A DNA stretch of 64,000 nucleotides. Source: Lingula anatina (lineage: Eukaryota > Animalia > Brachiopoda). The stretch is from assembly GCA_051362555.1 (NCBI GenBank), contig CM120644.1, positions 21,784,534 through 21,848,533 of the forward strand. The letters run 5' to 3'. Positions 35,472 through 49,270 of this stretch are shown here, in pieces. The notes under the pieces are model-generated. The model ran no database searches. It had not been told where the DNA came from and saw only the letters and a program-made list of their open reading frames with translations. A program made the translations under genes and the position numbers. Each line of letters starts with the position of its first letter. The first letter of the stretch is position 1.

Positions 35472-36836
35472 TTAAAGATGAAGAAGTTTTTTTGCCACAA
35501 AAGTCAACCAAATACCACTGCATCCAAATAGTGTAACTGGGAGGAATATCAAAAAACATCACTGAATATTACCTGAAAAATGATATTTGAGCAGATTTTC
35601 TGCTTGCTTTCTTTGATATAAACGTTTGATATAAACGGGGCAGATATATAGGCTAGATAAATAGGTCAAATTTAAGAAAAATTGAAAGAGAATTAAGGTG
35701 CAGTTTATAGCTCTTTTGTGGCTGATCGTGTGATTAATTCAGTTGATCCCTTGGCATTGTACACATTATTTTAGTCGTATGGCGCATTCAGAAAAGCAAA
35801 CTAACAGATCCGCGGATCAAATATGGCCGACCCACTTGAATGCTTGTTGCGTGATCTCCAAGGGGAATCTATTCCCAATCTGTGCCCAATTAGAAGTTAA
35901 GCGGCAAGCTTTTAAGTGTGTCGCAAAATTTGATCCGCGGATCTGTTAGTTTGCTGCATCAGCCCCTAGAAACCAGTGGGGATTCAAGTTCCACAACGCT
36001 CAGTTCGAATGTATCTTTAAACTGATTTTGCGTTCTGTTAGCACCTCAGAGCAATTCCTGCACTAACGGCTGCTATGTCCATATTGATGGCGATGACAAT
36101 TTACCGGTAATTTGGCGTCCTTAAGGTGGGAGCAATAAAATGGCGGGACTTAAGTAACGAGTTAAGTAACGGACTTAAAATGGCGGGACTTAACTAACGA
36201 GGCCTCATACAATTGTATGAGGCCTCGTTAGTTGGGCACCACGTTGGCCCCAATATCGGCAATATAAATAGATAAATAAATACGGAATTTAAATGAGCAT
36301 ATATCGTGTTTAATATCTAAAATGAATCTGCTTTTATTATTTGATACTAAAAGGGACGTAAAATTATTTGAAAAAAAAAAAGCAAACACACACACACTCT
36401 ATATACATGGAGACGTACATTGAGTATGGTAATCGGTAGAACGATAACAGTATATATTTGGATTATAAAGATGATTTGCCGGCATAATCACTTTTTCAGG
36501 TCTAATCTTGATAAAGGCGCAAAGAATTGATAAATTTCAGTTCTCATTCAGTAGTTGCCTGTCCTATTCATTACCAAGATCAATGCATGCTGATCAAATA
36601 TTGATTCCAGTGAATGTAGAAAACTGCCCACATTATTGAAAAGACACCGCCAACTGGCACGTGATTACTTCACTAAACATTGGTGAAAATAGTTCTTGGT
36701 GGAGGTCTTCGCTGTGGTTTTCTAATGGAATGGAAGGTCATCTCGATTCGTCACTGCATGCATCGAGACTCCTACGCACCGATTCCCCTCTCCTCCAGCA
36801 CCTGTCGGCTGCTGCGTCGTCGTCCCCGTGCACTTG

Positions 36837-37025
36837 GTCTTACCAGCCAATATTTCGTCTGCTTGCAGTCTTACCAGCCAATATTTCATCTGCTTGCAGT
36901 CTTACCAGCCAATATTTCGTCTGCTTGCAGTCTTACCAGCCAATATTTCGTCTGCTTGCAGACTAACCAGCCAATACTTCGTCTGCTTGCAGTCTTACCA
37001 GCCAATATTTCGTCTGCTTGCAGTC
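36837..37025. repeat. 31-bp minisatellite, 6 copies
   Basis: Unit GTCTTACCAGCCAATATTTCGTCTGCTTGCA. Confidence 0.92.
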
Positions 37026-37184
37026 AGAAATCATCATGTTGTCACATCTATCACAACCTCATTCCCTGGCTGATAAGAACAGACAAATACAAGTAGTTAT
37101 AGACAAAAAGAATCTTCACAAGTGTATGGACCACAGTATCTTGATAGGCTACTGAGGGTCTCAGCAATGTACATGCAGTGCTTA

Positions 37185-40100
37185 TGCCCCTATTTCACAC
37201 AGACCACGAATCCCACGAATCGCCAGGAATTGAAAAAATTCAGGATTCGTGAGGATTCGTGAGATTTTGCCAATTTTCTGGTCTAATTCGATACGCTCTA
37301 CGATTCAGTTACCATACAGGTGCGATAGTGTTACGAATATTCGTGGGATTCGAGAAAAGCACCACAACACCACAGCTTAGTTATCAAATCCAGGCCTACC
37401 CAACTACCAGACTCGGCACCTAATGATCCTGAATTCACCGGTAGATCGGACCACAACAGCCATTTTCAAGGATTGTATCAGTACGCGCTTCGATGTAACA
37501 GACGCGACACCGCTCTTGCCTAGAACGCGATGTGATAGTGATGATTCTCAGCGGGGTTGGAAAGTAGTGCATCTCATTTCAAAATTTGTTCCGGTGTAAC
37601 ATGAAAATCTGACTCCCCCAAAAATGTGACTCCCCAGTCAGATTTTCACTATGAAAATGTGACTCCCCAGTCAGATTTTCACTATGAAAATGTGACTCCC
37701 CTCATGAAATTTTGACTCCCCCCACAAAACTTTATAAATCTTATTTTATTTGAGTATATGGTTTTTATATTGTAGTATGCATAATGGAGGATACATTGGT
37801 ACTTTTTGTTAGTTTGCAGCTGAAAATGTTAATGAGAAAATAAGAAAATTAAAAATGTGTATTTTCCACCCAGTGACTCCCCTAAGAAAAAGCTATTTGA
37901 TATTTGGCGATCATTTCAACATCTTTCCCTTAAGTGCACTTTATGAAGAATATATTGGATATATCTTCATATTCATACCCATGGGATTTGGACTCCCATG
38001 AAGAAAAGGCCCTATTTTATATTCAGTCACCCCACAACACAGGCCCTTTTTCACATGGTTTGCATTGTGACGTATATTTTTTTAGCATTTAAGTTTGATG
38101 GTGAAAATTTTGGTGAACATTGATAATTTTTGAAACAAGCATTGATCTTACTAACTGTAAGATTTGGACTCCCGTAGTCTAGCCTTTTCATAGGAGACAT
38201 TGGGTGGAAAAATACACATTTTTAATTTTTTTTTATTTTCTCATGAAAATTTTCAAAAAGTGCCAATGTATCCACCATTATGTATACTACAAGATAAAAG
38301 TTATATACTCAAATAAAATAAGATTTATAAAGTTTTGTGAGGGGGAGTCAATATTTAATGGAGGGAGTCAGATTTTCATTATGGAATTTTGACTGGGGGA
38401 GTCAGATTTTCATGGGAGTCAGATTTTCATATTACACCGGGTATGATACTGTGAAATGCGTACTGACGCCGAGTGCCGAGTCTGGTAGTTGGGTAGTCCT
38501 GAAATCTATACTCTCTTTATTCCCAGGATGTTGCCTGGTTTTATCCAAAACCGCGTGGTTGTAAATTTACGTTAGATAAGTCCTAGTAAATTGAGATATA
38601 ATAGCAATTACTACACGAAAGTAAAATGGGACCAATTAACGTTAGATTACATTGTTAATACGAGCAGCGTACCCATGCCCACGGCTCAATTAAAATCAAT
38701 TCCCGTATTTAAGATATATTCTGCGGCCTGCACAATATGCGAAAATGTAGGGGGTAGAAACCTGTGAAAAGCATGTGGTTTCACCAAGAGGTAGTGCCTT
38801 GTGATTACGAGAAGAGGTAGTGTACACATCTAAGAGGAACACCATGCACTAGTACTGACAGACCAAATTCCTTATTCTGGTATCTATTCTGTCCTGCTAT
38901 TTTAATAGCAGGACAGAATAGATACTGCATGTCTTAAAAGACAGCGGAGAAACTCAAGGACTGCCTCACATCCCGATACTCTCCTGTTGCGGATCCCATG
39001 CCAAACGAACACAAACAACGGGAAAATGTTCACACCTTTATTCACGCACATACACTGACATGGTGAAACTAAAAAATAACAAAATAATGAAAGGTAAACA
39101 CCAAACTGATAATATAAAAATACACAAATATAATATAAACTGAATACAAATATAAAAAGAAATAATGAATTAATTATAAGAAATGGGAAATGTTGTGCAT
39201 ACTATAAATTTGGCTAGACAACACGACTTATGCTTTTACATATACATGGTGCAAATGGTTAACAATACGTACAGAGAAATGTAGCTTTTCCCGCTCGATG
39301 GTGATCCACAGATTTTGCCGAAGTGACTACTAAATCCTGACACTTGGCGACCTGAGCCTTCTGCTCGTCAATTCAGCCCCCTTTACACTGGACGGCGTCC
39401 CTTCTGCGTCCAACAGTTCGGCCCCATTTGAGAGTTAAAGAATTATAATACTTTACGTGCCGACAACTGGCCGATCATTGAGCATTCATTCTGATACCAA
39501 ATCAATGCTCGTGCCTCCTTATTAAGACCACAGCGATGCCAAATTTCATGGTCGCAGAAAGGACGCCGTCCAGTGTAAAGGGGATATTACAAACGTGGCC
39601 GTGCCCAGATCTACTGCTGGCCGTATATATACTGAGCAAATCATTTGCATAACAAAACAAAGATGACTAGTAATACGACCGTAACCGCAACTTGTTGTCG
39701 TAAGCGACAACACTCCCATAGGAAAGTCAGGCCTCATAAACGATCGCTAGCTTCAGATTCCCTGGCGCATTAAACGCCAATGTTAACGAGCCCCACCTCA
39801 GATTAACAAACACAACGTAAAGTTACCGAGCACAAACTTAGCGTTTCCATGCACTATCAATTTGTCCAGCTTCCATCGGGGCCCCCGGTTGCTTACATAC
39901 GGGTTCTTTTTATCAACTTAGGACTATTTTCAAGATGGTGGAAAATACTAGAGACATAATGGTGGAACTTTCAGAGATTTCTGGGCGCAAACGAGTTATA
40001 TTATCTCCCCTTTCTGTCTCTTTGACGAAAGAGAAAGGATTGAAAACGTCCACGCCATGGCCAAATAAAATTATTCGTCGACTATTTTCACCGACTCAGA

Positions 40101-40995
40101 AATATCTGTTTCCATGTATCAATATTTTAACTTGAGCAAAATAAACGTAGAATATATAAAAATTCTCAAAACAAACCAAACTGCTGCATTAGTATGTTCC
40201 ACTATCCATACCGCGTATGAATACAGCAGCAATGCGTTCTCGACAACCTTCGGCTCATACGTAACATACCAAACGGGCAGATAAGCGGATCAACGGGTAG
40301 TGCTTGGAAACGCTAAGTTAGTGCTCGTTAACTTAACGTTGTGCTTGTTAATCTGAGGGGGGGGGGGCTCGTTAATATTGGCGTTTGCACTCGGGAATCT
40401 GAGGCTCGTTCTGGGATGCGCCTAATCAATTTATGTGGCCTGAAAGTGAGAAGCACTCGGTTTATCATTCATGTACATCAAAAGCCGCTGACCGGTATAA
40501 AAGGACAGCACAGTAACATGACTATTTATATATGTACACCCATGAATAGATAATTATTAATTACAATCAGTGCTGTATCTCTATTATGTCCTGGCTTACA
40601 TGTATATGCCGATTGCTTTTTCTCTAGTAGGCGATCGATATCTTTCTCACAGACCACGAATCCCACGAATCGCCAGAAATTGACAAATTTCAGGATTCGT
40701 GAGGATTCGTGAGATTTTGCCAATTTTCTGGTCTAATTCGATTCGGCTGGAATCGCACGAATATTGTCCAGAAATTCACTACGATATTTTGGAATCGGGA
40801 GTTCGTGGCCAAAATTTTGAACAGCTCAAAAATTTTGCCACGAATTCCCGATTGATCAAGAATTGCCAGAACTGACTAAGAATATATACGAATCTGTTAA
40901 GAACTTCACGAACTGATTACGATTCAACCACGAATCCTGAAATTCGTCAATTCATGGCCATTCGTGGGATTCGTGGTCTGTGTGAAATAGGGGCA
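37185..40995. mobile_element. Composite element bounded by Harbinger-like TIRs
   Basis: TTA|TGCCCCTATTTCACACAGACCACGAATCCCACGAAT ... ATTCGTGGGATTCGTGGTCTGTGTGAAATAGGGGCA|TAA; left end repeated at ~40645-40742. Confidence 0.65.
37591..38440. mobile_element. MITE with CCGGTGTAA TIRs and GACTCCCC subterminal repeats
   Basis: CCGGTGTAACATGAAAATCTGACTCCC ... GGGAGTCAGATTTTCATATTACACCGG. Confidence 0.8.
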
Positions 40996-41277
40996 TAAGA
41001 CAGGTGAAACACTGCCCTAAAGTTTTGTGGGAGAGATGTCAAGATTTGCGATTTTCAAGATACAAATCGGATTGAAAGACAAAGAATCCTAAAACCCGTA
41101 TTTTTATGTTCATTCAGTTTCAATATTGGCCCGCATCGAATGTACAGTACTTGCCACATTAATATACAATAAATGACCTTAAATTGTTTATAAGTCTGTT
41201 AGGTGAACTGTTATAATTGCACTTTTCATCTCCACGAGGTATAGTTGATATTTCGATCAGTTAATTACCTTGCCAAT

Positions 41278-41670
41278 ATGAAGTGGGTGTGTCGTACAAT
41301 GCTGGGATTTCTTCTCGTTGCTTTTTGCATCTTTGTCGTCTCATTGCACGTGGGAGGTAAGACCTTTTGCTCTCTCCTTCTCATGCTCTCCTACATTAAA
41401 TCAATATATTATCTGCAGGAACGAATACAATTTCAATAACTAGAAGCAATGATAACAGTTTTAAGTGCAAAGGTGGAAAGCATATAATCATTACGCGTCT
41501 GAAGTATTCAATTTTATAGTTAAAGTGGCATTTAATGAATTCCAGGGCGTTCTACGCGTGATACTATTCATCTTAAACTTGATGAAAAGGTAGATCAGCT
41601 CGAGGCGACTACGATACCTATACAAGATATAATGGCAATGATGGGAAATGGACATAGTGAAAATGACCAG
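41278..41670 (+). CDS. Sulfotransferase copy E exons 1-2
   Basis: Exon 1 41278-41356 MKWVCRTMLGFLLVAFCIFVVSLHVG, G|GTAAG. Exon 2 41546-41670 after TTCCAG, ending CAG|GTAAG. Confidence 0.82.
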
Positions 41671-43866
41671 GTAAGAATTAAGTGTATGCACACATGAATG
41701 CAAAAACTGTAAAATATAATTTACTACCCGCAGTTCATTTTGACATGAGGACATTGCAAAACATTTGTCTCTGAATGCTACTTTCATACCATGAATCATC
41801 AATCTAGAACGAACATGTTGAATGTCGTGAATTATAACGATTTATGTCAAGATCTAGAATATTCCTTTTTTTCAAATAAACCATATTTTTCAATGAACAT
41901 GTCATAAAAATAAGGCCAAGTGCAGGCCCGAGTAAAAAAACTGTGCAATGACAAGGCCTGCCGGCCGAAGTATATTCCAGGAGGTGAATTTGGAAACGAC
42001 TTACCTGATAGTCTTACCTCGCACTGCTTCATATATGCAGATGAAATACTTCAATCTTTATCCGTCTACGCCCGATGACAGTAATACCCAAGACACCCTC
42101 CAATACGACACATATACCATACCCTGAAACACGATAATCTAAGTGGAAACTTACTTTTTAAACCTAAAAAGTGCCACAAAGAGACTTTTAATATGAAAAG
42201 CAAAAAATGCAGACAAGTACAGCCCCTTTGACGACACGCCTATAACAAAGGGAAAAATACAAACACCTTGGGTTTATTCTTTATCACAAGCTTGATTGCT
42301 CTGAATGCACTACATATATTTTAACCAAGGTTAAAAAAGCATTAAATCCTTTAAAACCGCCTTCTAAAACTCTAAACCTAAAAAATATACTCTACAATGT
42401 GTACATTTCTCTGTTTGACTATTGCGATGTCCTCTATAGCACAGTGTCTCTACAGAATCCATCAAAACTCCCTCCGGTATCAGGCTAGCCTTACTATAAG
42501 GAGGGCCCTGTAGTCAAAGTAGTCAAACAACTTAACTGGATTTCCCTGGAGGAATCTAGAAGGAATCAAAAAGATATGTATAATATTCACAATCAAGAAA
42601 TGAATCCACGCTTGCTTTGAGAACATCCTTGAAAGGAGACTACATAGTCCCCAAATAATCTGCATACAAAGGCCCTAATACTAAATGCTTTTTTTATGAC
42701 AAGCTGGGATGATTTAACATCACACAGAAAAGTTCACTCTATGCAACTTCACTCAAATATAATCTTAAAAACGAAAAACTTCCACCAGCAACAATTTCCA
42801 CCACACATCTAAATCTCCAAATACATAATGCAAAAACTGTAGTTTTCTTATATGACCACAAGTGGACAGATGTGACTTCTCCCATCTGTTAATGTGGAAA
42901 AGCTTTAACCATTCGAAATTTTTCTTTCAATGGCCTCAGAAAAGGTTGAGATATTGTGCTTTCTACGAATCTTTTGAAGATACCCTTCGTGCCAATTATG
43001 CACATTTTATGACTTAACTTGATAAGATTTCCCTGTTTCTACATGACAGAAAAAATTGAAAGAAAGTTTTGTTGTTATTTTGATGGAAGATTAACGAATA
43101 TGTCACCAAAACGTTGCAATTACAGATTAGAGAATAACGCTCAGTAACCCTTAAACTGTTATGCCTTCTAACGACTTGTTTAAAAACTCCGGAATGGAAG
43201 GAAATTTTCGCTGTAGAGCTGGCAAAGGACGATTGATTAAGACTTATGCTACAGTCACGCGAGTTTTAAAACCCACCAGGATTGTGCTCTATCCACGAAG
43301 TTAGAAAATCCTTGATACACACTTTTAACTACATGTATTTGCTACGCAATTCCCATTATATCTTACGTAATATCAATAAAAACATATTCAAGCATCCCCG
43401 TCTCAAAAATGAGCTGGATATGGTTCATATATTTTTCATAAATTTCTTTGACTTCTACCAAGAACTATAACGTATCAAAATTAGATTGAAATTGCTATGG
43501 CAGAATTTTTCATTTTTGCATTTTTCTGTCAATTAGGGCCGTTTTTGCAAATAACACACTGTAATAAAAGTAAAGCTTTTCGGACGCCACCTATCGAAAA
43601 ACAGCTGGATTACCCCCAATTTTCTTCATCTTCTTTACTTATATGGTGAGCACATTTTATCTCAAAATTTTTATCAAAATCGTGAGGGAAGGAATGGTGT
43701 TTTGAGACAGCCTCCTAAAACGAGCTGCTGTGTACATCTAATTAGCTTTCTTATTATTTATGCATGTGCTTGATACTTGTACATCTGTGTATTTATTGAA
43801 AACTTGCATGTATGCTGGTGCTAGCTTTAATTGAATTATCAATGATTCACAAAAACGGATGCAATA

Positions 43867-44245
43867 CAACATTGGTCCAAAAGGTTGTCCCACCCCCATT
43901 TCCATGTACTGTTAATTACAAATGATCAGCTCACAGGTGTAAATTGTTATAACTAGTGCTTTTTATTCCAGATACCATGTCTAAAATGATTAATGGTTAA
44001 AAAAAATACAAAATAGTGGTGAAAATATACACATTTTATACAATTTAGTCAAATTTATAACAGGTACCCCCAAAATCCAATGTTTCATTGTGATTTCTAC
44101 AGATATAAAGAAATGTCTATTAAATTGAAAAGACGCCATCAAATGTCACCAAATTTACACACAATTAGCATTAGGATGTGCTCTTTAAAGGTCACGTGCC
44201 TAATAGCGTGTGCGTCTACCGCATAGCCCAATTGCAATTCTGGTA
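43867..44245. mobile_element. Solo terminal arm of the same Tc1-derived family
   Basis: TA|CAACATTGGTCCAAAAGGTTGTCCCACCCC, similar to 492-860. Confidence 0.65.
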
Positions 44246-44541
44246 CAGTTCTTACTTGTATAAATATGATAATTTTACAACACATAAGAAAAACCAATAT
44301 CTTATACAAATGTCTTTATACAGAAAAACTATAAGGAATAAAAGGGAAAACCAGTGTCTGTACAGCAGCGCTGACCTACTTCGAATGATCGCGTACCCTT
44401 CTAACGTAATCTGTTCTCCGTTTGAATACAGCGCCCGCTGAATTACTCGCAAAAGACCCGTTAAACGACCCGTTAAACGATAATAAATACATATACAGGT
44501 AATACACATCGACTAACGACAGTGCATTTTATTTCTTTCAG

Positions 44542-45489
44542 CAGGGCGGTTTAGATGATGACGTCATTCCCGAAGAATGGCTCGAGGAAATACAAAGACG
44601 AAAGAAACTTGTGTCCGAGGCATGCCAGAAGTATAAAACGGAAAAAACGCCTTTGACAAAAGAATGGATTGAAGAAAACGGCAGCCATCTCATCGTAGAA
44701 GACCAGTATAAAATCATATATTGCCGCGTACCGAAATCGGGGAACACAAACTGGAAGCGCTTATTACTAGCACTGTCTGGTTTCATAAACGATACTTCTG
44801 TAGCTCATAGGAAAAACGGATTAAGCCCAAGTGGTGTGGTTAAAGAATATTTACATACTTTGGATACTCTGTCGCTTTCAAAAGCAAAACAAAAACTTCA
44901 GACCCACTTGAAAGTAATGTATTTGAGACATCCTTTTGAAAGATTACTTTCTGCATATCGTAATAAGTTGGAAAACAATCCTTTGACACATGATGTTGTC
45001 TCATCGCAAGTGGTTCCATACGTTATGAAGCACTATCGCGGTGTAGAACCTATTCTTCCCGTCAGTGTGAGCCAACGCCTTGGACGGATATCTGGTGTCT
45101 TTCCATCAGGAGAAGAGTTCAGTTTTTCAAAAGACGAACCGCCAAGTTGGATACCAAAGATAACATTTGAAGAATTCCTTCGTTACGTTGGTGACAACCC
45201 AAACTTTCTGAATGGTCATTGGGCGCCCCCAAACGATTTATGTCACCCATGCGTCATTCAATATGACGTCATAGGGTATTTTGGGACAATAAGCGAAGAT
45301 GCAAACAACATTTTGAAACTAGTGCATGCGTACCCAGCATTCAAATTTCCAAATATGTTCTTTAATCCAGAAACAACGTCTAATTTGGTGAATAAATATT
45401 ATTCATCAGTTTCAAAATCGACGTTGCAGAAAATTCGTCCAATTTATGCACTTGATGCAGCAATGTCGGCTTCTAAGTTACGTATTTAG
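44542..45489 (+). CDS. Carbohydrate sulfotransferase copy E catalytic exon
   Basis: Intact 948-bp exon starting QGGLDDDVIP; PKSGNTNWKR, RHPFERLLSAYRNK. Confidence 0.92.
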   Translation, partial: QGGLDDDVIPEEWLEEIQRRKKLVSEACQKYKTEKTPLTKEWIEENGSHLIVEDQYKIIYCRVPKSGNTNWKRLLLALSGFINDTSVAHRKNGLSPSGVVKEYLHTLDTLSLSKAKQKLQTHLKVMYLRHPFERLLSAYRNKLENNPLTHDVVSSQVVPYVMKHYRGVEPILPVSVSQRLGRISGVFPSGEEFSFSKDEPPSWIPKITFEEFLRYVGDNPNFLNGHWAPPNDLCHPCVIQYDVIGYFGTISEDANNILKLVHAYPAFKFPNMFFNPETTSNLVNKYYSSVSKSTLQKIRPIYALDAAMSASKLRI

Positions 45490-45724
45490 TTGAAGATGCG
45501 TTTGAAGTCTATCTTTTGCCACAAAAGCCAACCAAATGTTACCACATCCGAAAAGTGTAATTTACAAGTGTTGAGGATATTTTCGAAGATAAAAAAACAG
45601 CAAAAGCGGGAATTAAATAAATAAATAATAATTTTAATATGACGTAAAAAACTGTACAAAAATGTAGAATAAAAATAGATATAAAATGGAAAAATTGATA
45701 TTGTTAAGTCACTGAAATAGACTA

Positions 45725-45870
45725 GGTACTGCTAAGCCAAGGAATGGTAGATCGTGCCGTGGGCCGCTGAGACGAGGTGCTGCAGAGCCGAGGAACGGTA
45801 GATCGTGCCATGGGCCGCTGAGACGTGATACTGCAGAGCCGAGGAACGGTAGATCGTGCCGTGGGCCGCT
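45725..45870. repeat. 51-bp tandem repeat, ~2.8 copies
   Basis: GGTAGATCGTGCC at 45746, 45797 and 45848. Confidence 0.88.
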
Positions 45871-45921
45871 ACTGTAGAAGAGTAGGTTGAACAGTAAAAA
45901 AAAAACTGCCCAGCTTGTATA

Positions 45922-46067
45922 CAGGGCCGTAGCCTGAGCAAAATGCCAGGGGGGCAGTAAGCGGACACGAGGGGGCGAAGCTACCGAGGGGGGAGGGTGT
46001 GGTGTGTAAAATTCCAAATTCCAGGGGGGCAGCTGCCCCCCCTGCCCCCCCGGAGGCTACGGCCCTG
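45922..46067. mobile_element. GC-rich MITE
   Basis: CAGGGCCGTAGCC ... GGCTACGGCCCTG, flanked by GTATA on both sides. Confidence 0.75.
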
Positions 46068-47269
46068 GTATATCTGCAGCGGAAAACTGCTCCTCTTCGG
46101 AAGAGTTCAAAAACGGGTGGGAGGTAGGGTAAACCGTCGCTGACATAAGGAACACCAAAATACATTGCTTAATGTTACCCGAAAAGTGATATTTGAACGG
46201 ATTTTTCTGCTTGCTTTCTGTGTTTTTTAGGTTAATTACCCCAGCAGTTAGATAAGTTGGGAAGATAAGTAGGTCAATTTTACTATCAAATACTTATAGA
46301 AAGTGCAGTTAAAAGCTTTTTTTTGTCTGATCGTGTGATTGATTTGGCATGTCGACATTATTTGCGTTAACGACGATTTCAGATTCGGCCGTGCGCACGA
46401 AAATGTTGCGACACGGTCTTTAGAAGAATAAAGTAATAGAGAACAAAATGTCTAGTTTGGTTTTCAGAATGTATTCCTAACCAATCATCAATATTTCAAT
46501 TACAGAGTCTGATCACGAGAGAGTCCTACACTGTTCGTGCAGAGTCAAACTACAATCTGAGAGAGTGAGATAGTGAGACAGTGTCACTGTGACAAAGTTT
46601 AAAGAATCTTCAAACGCTAGCGTGCAATGTGTCTTAAACTGCTTTAATACTCTTTAATGAATAGAGATGTTCTCAATCATATCATTATTCTTAGATTACA
46701 AAAATGAATAGTTTTTTGGCTTCGCTTTTAAATGATCAGATTGGTAAATATACACACAATGGACAATAGAAGTGTCACCCCTACTGAACCAATACTTTGG
46801 GGGAGATAAATGACTGTGGAATGATATGCTCCTGGTATCATTTTATTGACATCAAATTTCATAAAAAAAACCCAAAATGAGAACAAAATATACATTCTAC
46901 CAATAAATGCAGTTTCAAGTCCAAAATTAGTACTTAGTGGCATAGCCACGTGACCTTTAAATAGCTGCCAGTCTACGAGGCAAGGATTCATATAATTGTC
47001 TGATGCGATCAGGGCTTATGCTGGCCCAAGCATGAAACACTTAATCTAACAGAGTTTGTCTGCTGGTTGGACGGACATTTGTCAAAAGTTTTGACATATC
47101 ATTCCACACATTTTCTATTATGTTTGCATCCGGACTCTGGGCAGGTCACATCACCTTGCGAATGTCCTGTTGGTCAAACCTATCATCAACTTCTCTGGGT
47201 CTGTGACAAGGAGCATTGTAATCCTGGTGTACAAATGGATAATTCCTGTCACCAAACATGTTAGTATTT

Positions 47270-49270
47270 ATATTATTATTATTACCAAACTTGCAATCCG
47301 AGGGTTGGATAATTACAATCATTGCATTTTAATTAAATAAAACCATTAATAAGTAAGAATAAAGGAATATTAAAAGACAAATGTAAACAAATTTAAAACA
47401 AAAAATCTAAAATGCAAGGTTAAAAAAGGAAATAAAAGTCTATCAGTTAATTCTGAAACTTATATATGGCACTTGTTAAAAAGTCACTCATTGATCGTTT
47501 GGTTTTAATTTTAGGTCTTTTGAATGTTTTCTGTTCCCTAAATGAATATTTGACATTTTGTTTTGGTTGTAAAAGATAATACAGTCTATGATCCGGTTCA
47601 TTTGATATACTAATAAACAATTTTTTGCATGCATTGAGCCGTCTTTCACTCAGTAGTTCAAGTTTACTATGTTCACAAGCAGCGTCATATTCAAAATCAG
47701 GATAAATTATCTTAAGAGCTCTTTCTTGAGACTTTTCTACTAGGGCAGTCAATTCATTCGTTAACCCAAAGTGCCAGACAGGGGCAGCATATTCCAAAAC
47801 TGGCCTTATGACAGTCTGGTAATAAGTTACAAGGTCATCAGTTGTAAGGCCTGCACGCTTAAGGTGCTGAAGGAAATAAATCCTTTTTCTTGCTTTTTTA
47901 GTGATTTTGTCTACATGTACCTTCCATGTGAGGTCATTAGATATATATACACTCCAAGTAATTTAAATGATTCTACAAATTCAATATCTGTTTTGTCAAT
48001 CACGAGCTTAGGGATATCTGCATTCTTGCGTTTAAATGATATGGCCATTTGTTTGTTTTTTTTCCTGTTTAATCGCATGTTGTTTGTCCAAGACCAGTCC
48101 AATGTTGTGTCAGCAATTTCCTGTAATTTGCTGTCATCGAATAGTCTAAGGATCTCAGAAACTGTTGTGTCATCCATACACTTATGGCACAATAATTCAC
48201 CAGGAGGTAGATGCAAATCGTTTATCATCAGGACAAAGAGCAACGGGCCCAGCCATAATCCTTGAGGCACCGAGCCATTTATGCACTACCACTCCGATCT
48301 GACTTGTCCAAGTTTGACTTGCTGTTGTCTTTTAGTGAGGAAAGCGGCAGTCCAGCGAACAATCACATTATGTAAGCCCGTGGTTTTTAGTTTATTGATG
48401 AGCAGGGAATGATCAACGTGATCGAAAGCTTTGGAATAATAAATCAATAGAACTCTAACGACGTTGCCAGCTTCAGTTGCCATAAACCAGTGGTGCATGA
48501 TATCAATCAAAGCATGAGTTGTTCCAGATCTTTTGACCCCACCAAACTGGAACTTGTCCAATAATGGTTCCACAGTTTCAAGTATCCATTCACCTACAAT
48601 GGACCCCATATGCTTGGCTAGCACTGGCTCCAAGGAGATGGGCCTGAGATCGTCCTCAACTGATTTAGGGGGGGACTTTTGGTATGGGTACAACATCAGC
48701 TGATCGCCACACTTCTGGGACATACCCTTCTCTCAGTGAACTGTTATATATGGCACATATTGGTTTTGCTAAAAAAAGGTGGGAAATCGCGTAAAAGCCA
48801 GTTAGGTATTTCATCCGGGCCACTGGCATTATGAACCTTTGGGCTCATAAGTTTTGAGCTACTGAGATGATGTATTTGTCAGGGATATGTTCAGGAGGCG
48901 GAGGTATGATAGCACTATCCAGTCAGCAGATACAGACTGAAAGAAACCATTGATATGTTCAGCTAAAGCATGGAAACTGCCATTAAATTTGTCATTGGCT
49001 AATCCCTGAAGATTGTTTGAGTTTGCGTTCAGACCAATCATCTGCTTTGTAGCTTGCCACCATTTTCTTGAATCACCAGATTTAACCTGTTCCACTTTGC
49101 ATTTATAGTGCTTTCTTTTTAGGTTTCTTGACATTCTGTTTACTTTGTTTCGGTATATTTTGTATTGTTCATAGTCATCGGATTGCCAAGTTTTGGACTT
49201 CATTCTGATTGTATTTCGGAAGTCATCATTTACCCATGGTTTATCATTGGAGTGTCTAGTGACTTTGCAG
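47270..49270 (-). mobile_element. 5'-truncated, frameshifted LINE (L2/Crack/Daphne-like RT)
   Basis: DLRPISL, QFGG, YSKAFDHVDH, PQGLWLGPLLF, CMDDTT, EYAAPVWH; (TAA)n-type tail at ~47270-47284. Confidence 0.88.

Noticed and set aside
36661-37096. Repeat-protein ORFs
   Set aside because: Translations of a 31-bp minisatellite whose period is not a multiple of three.
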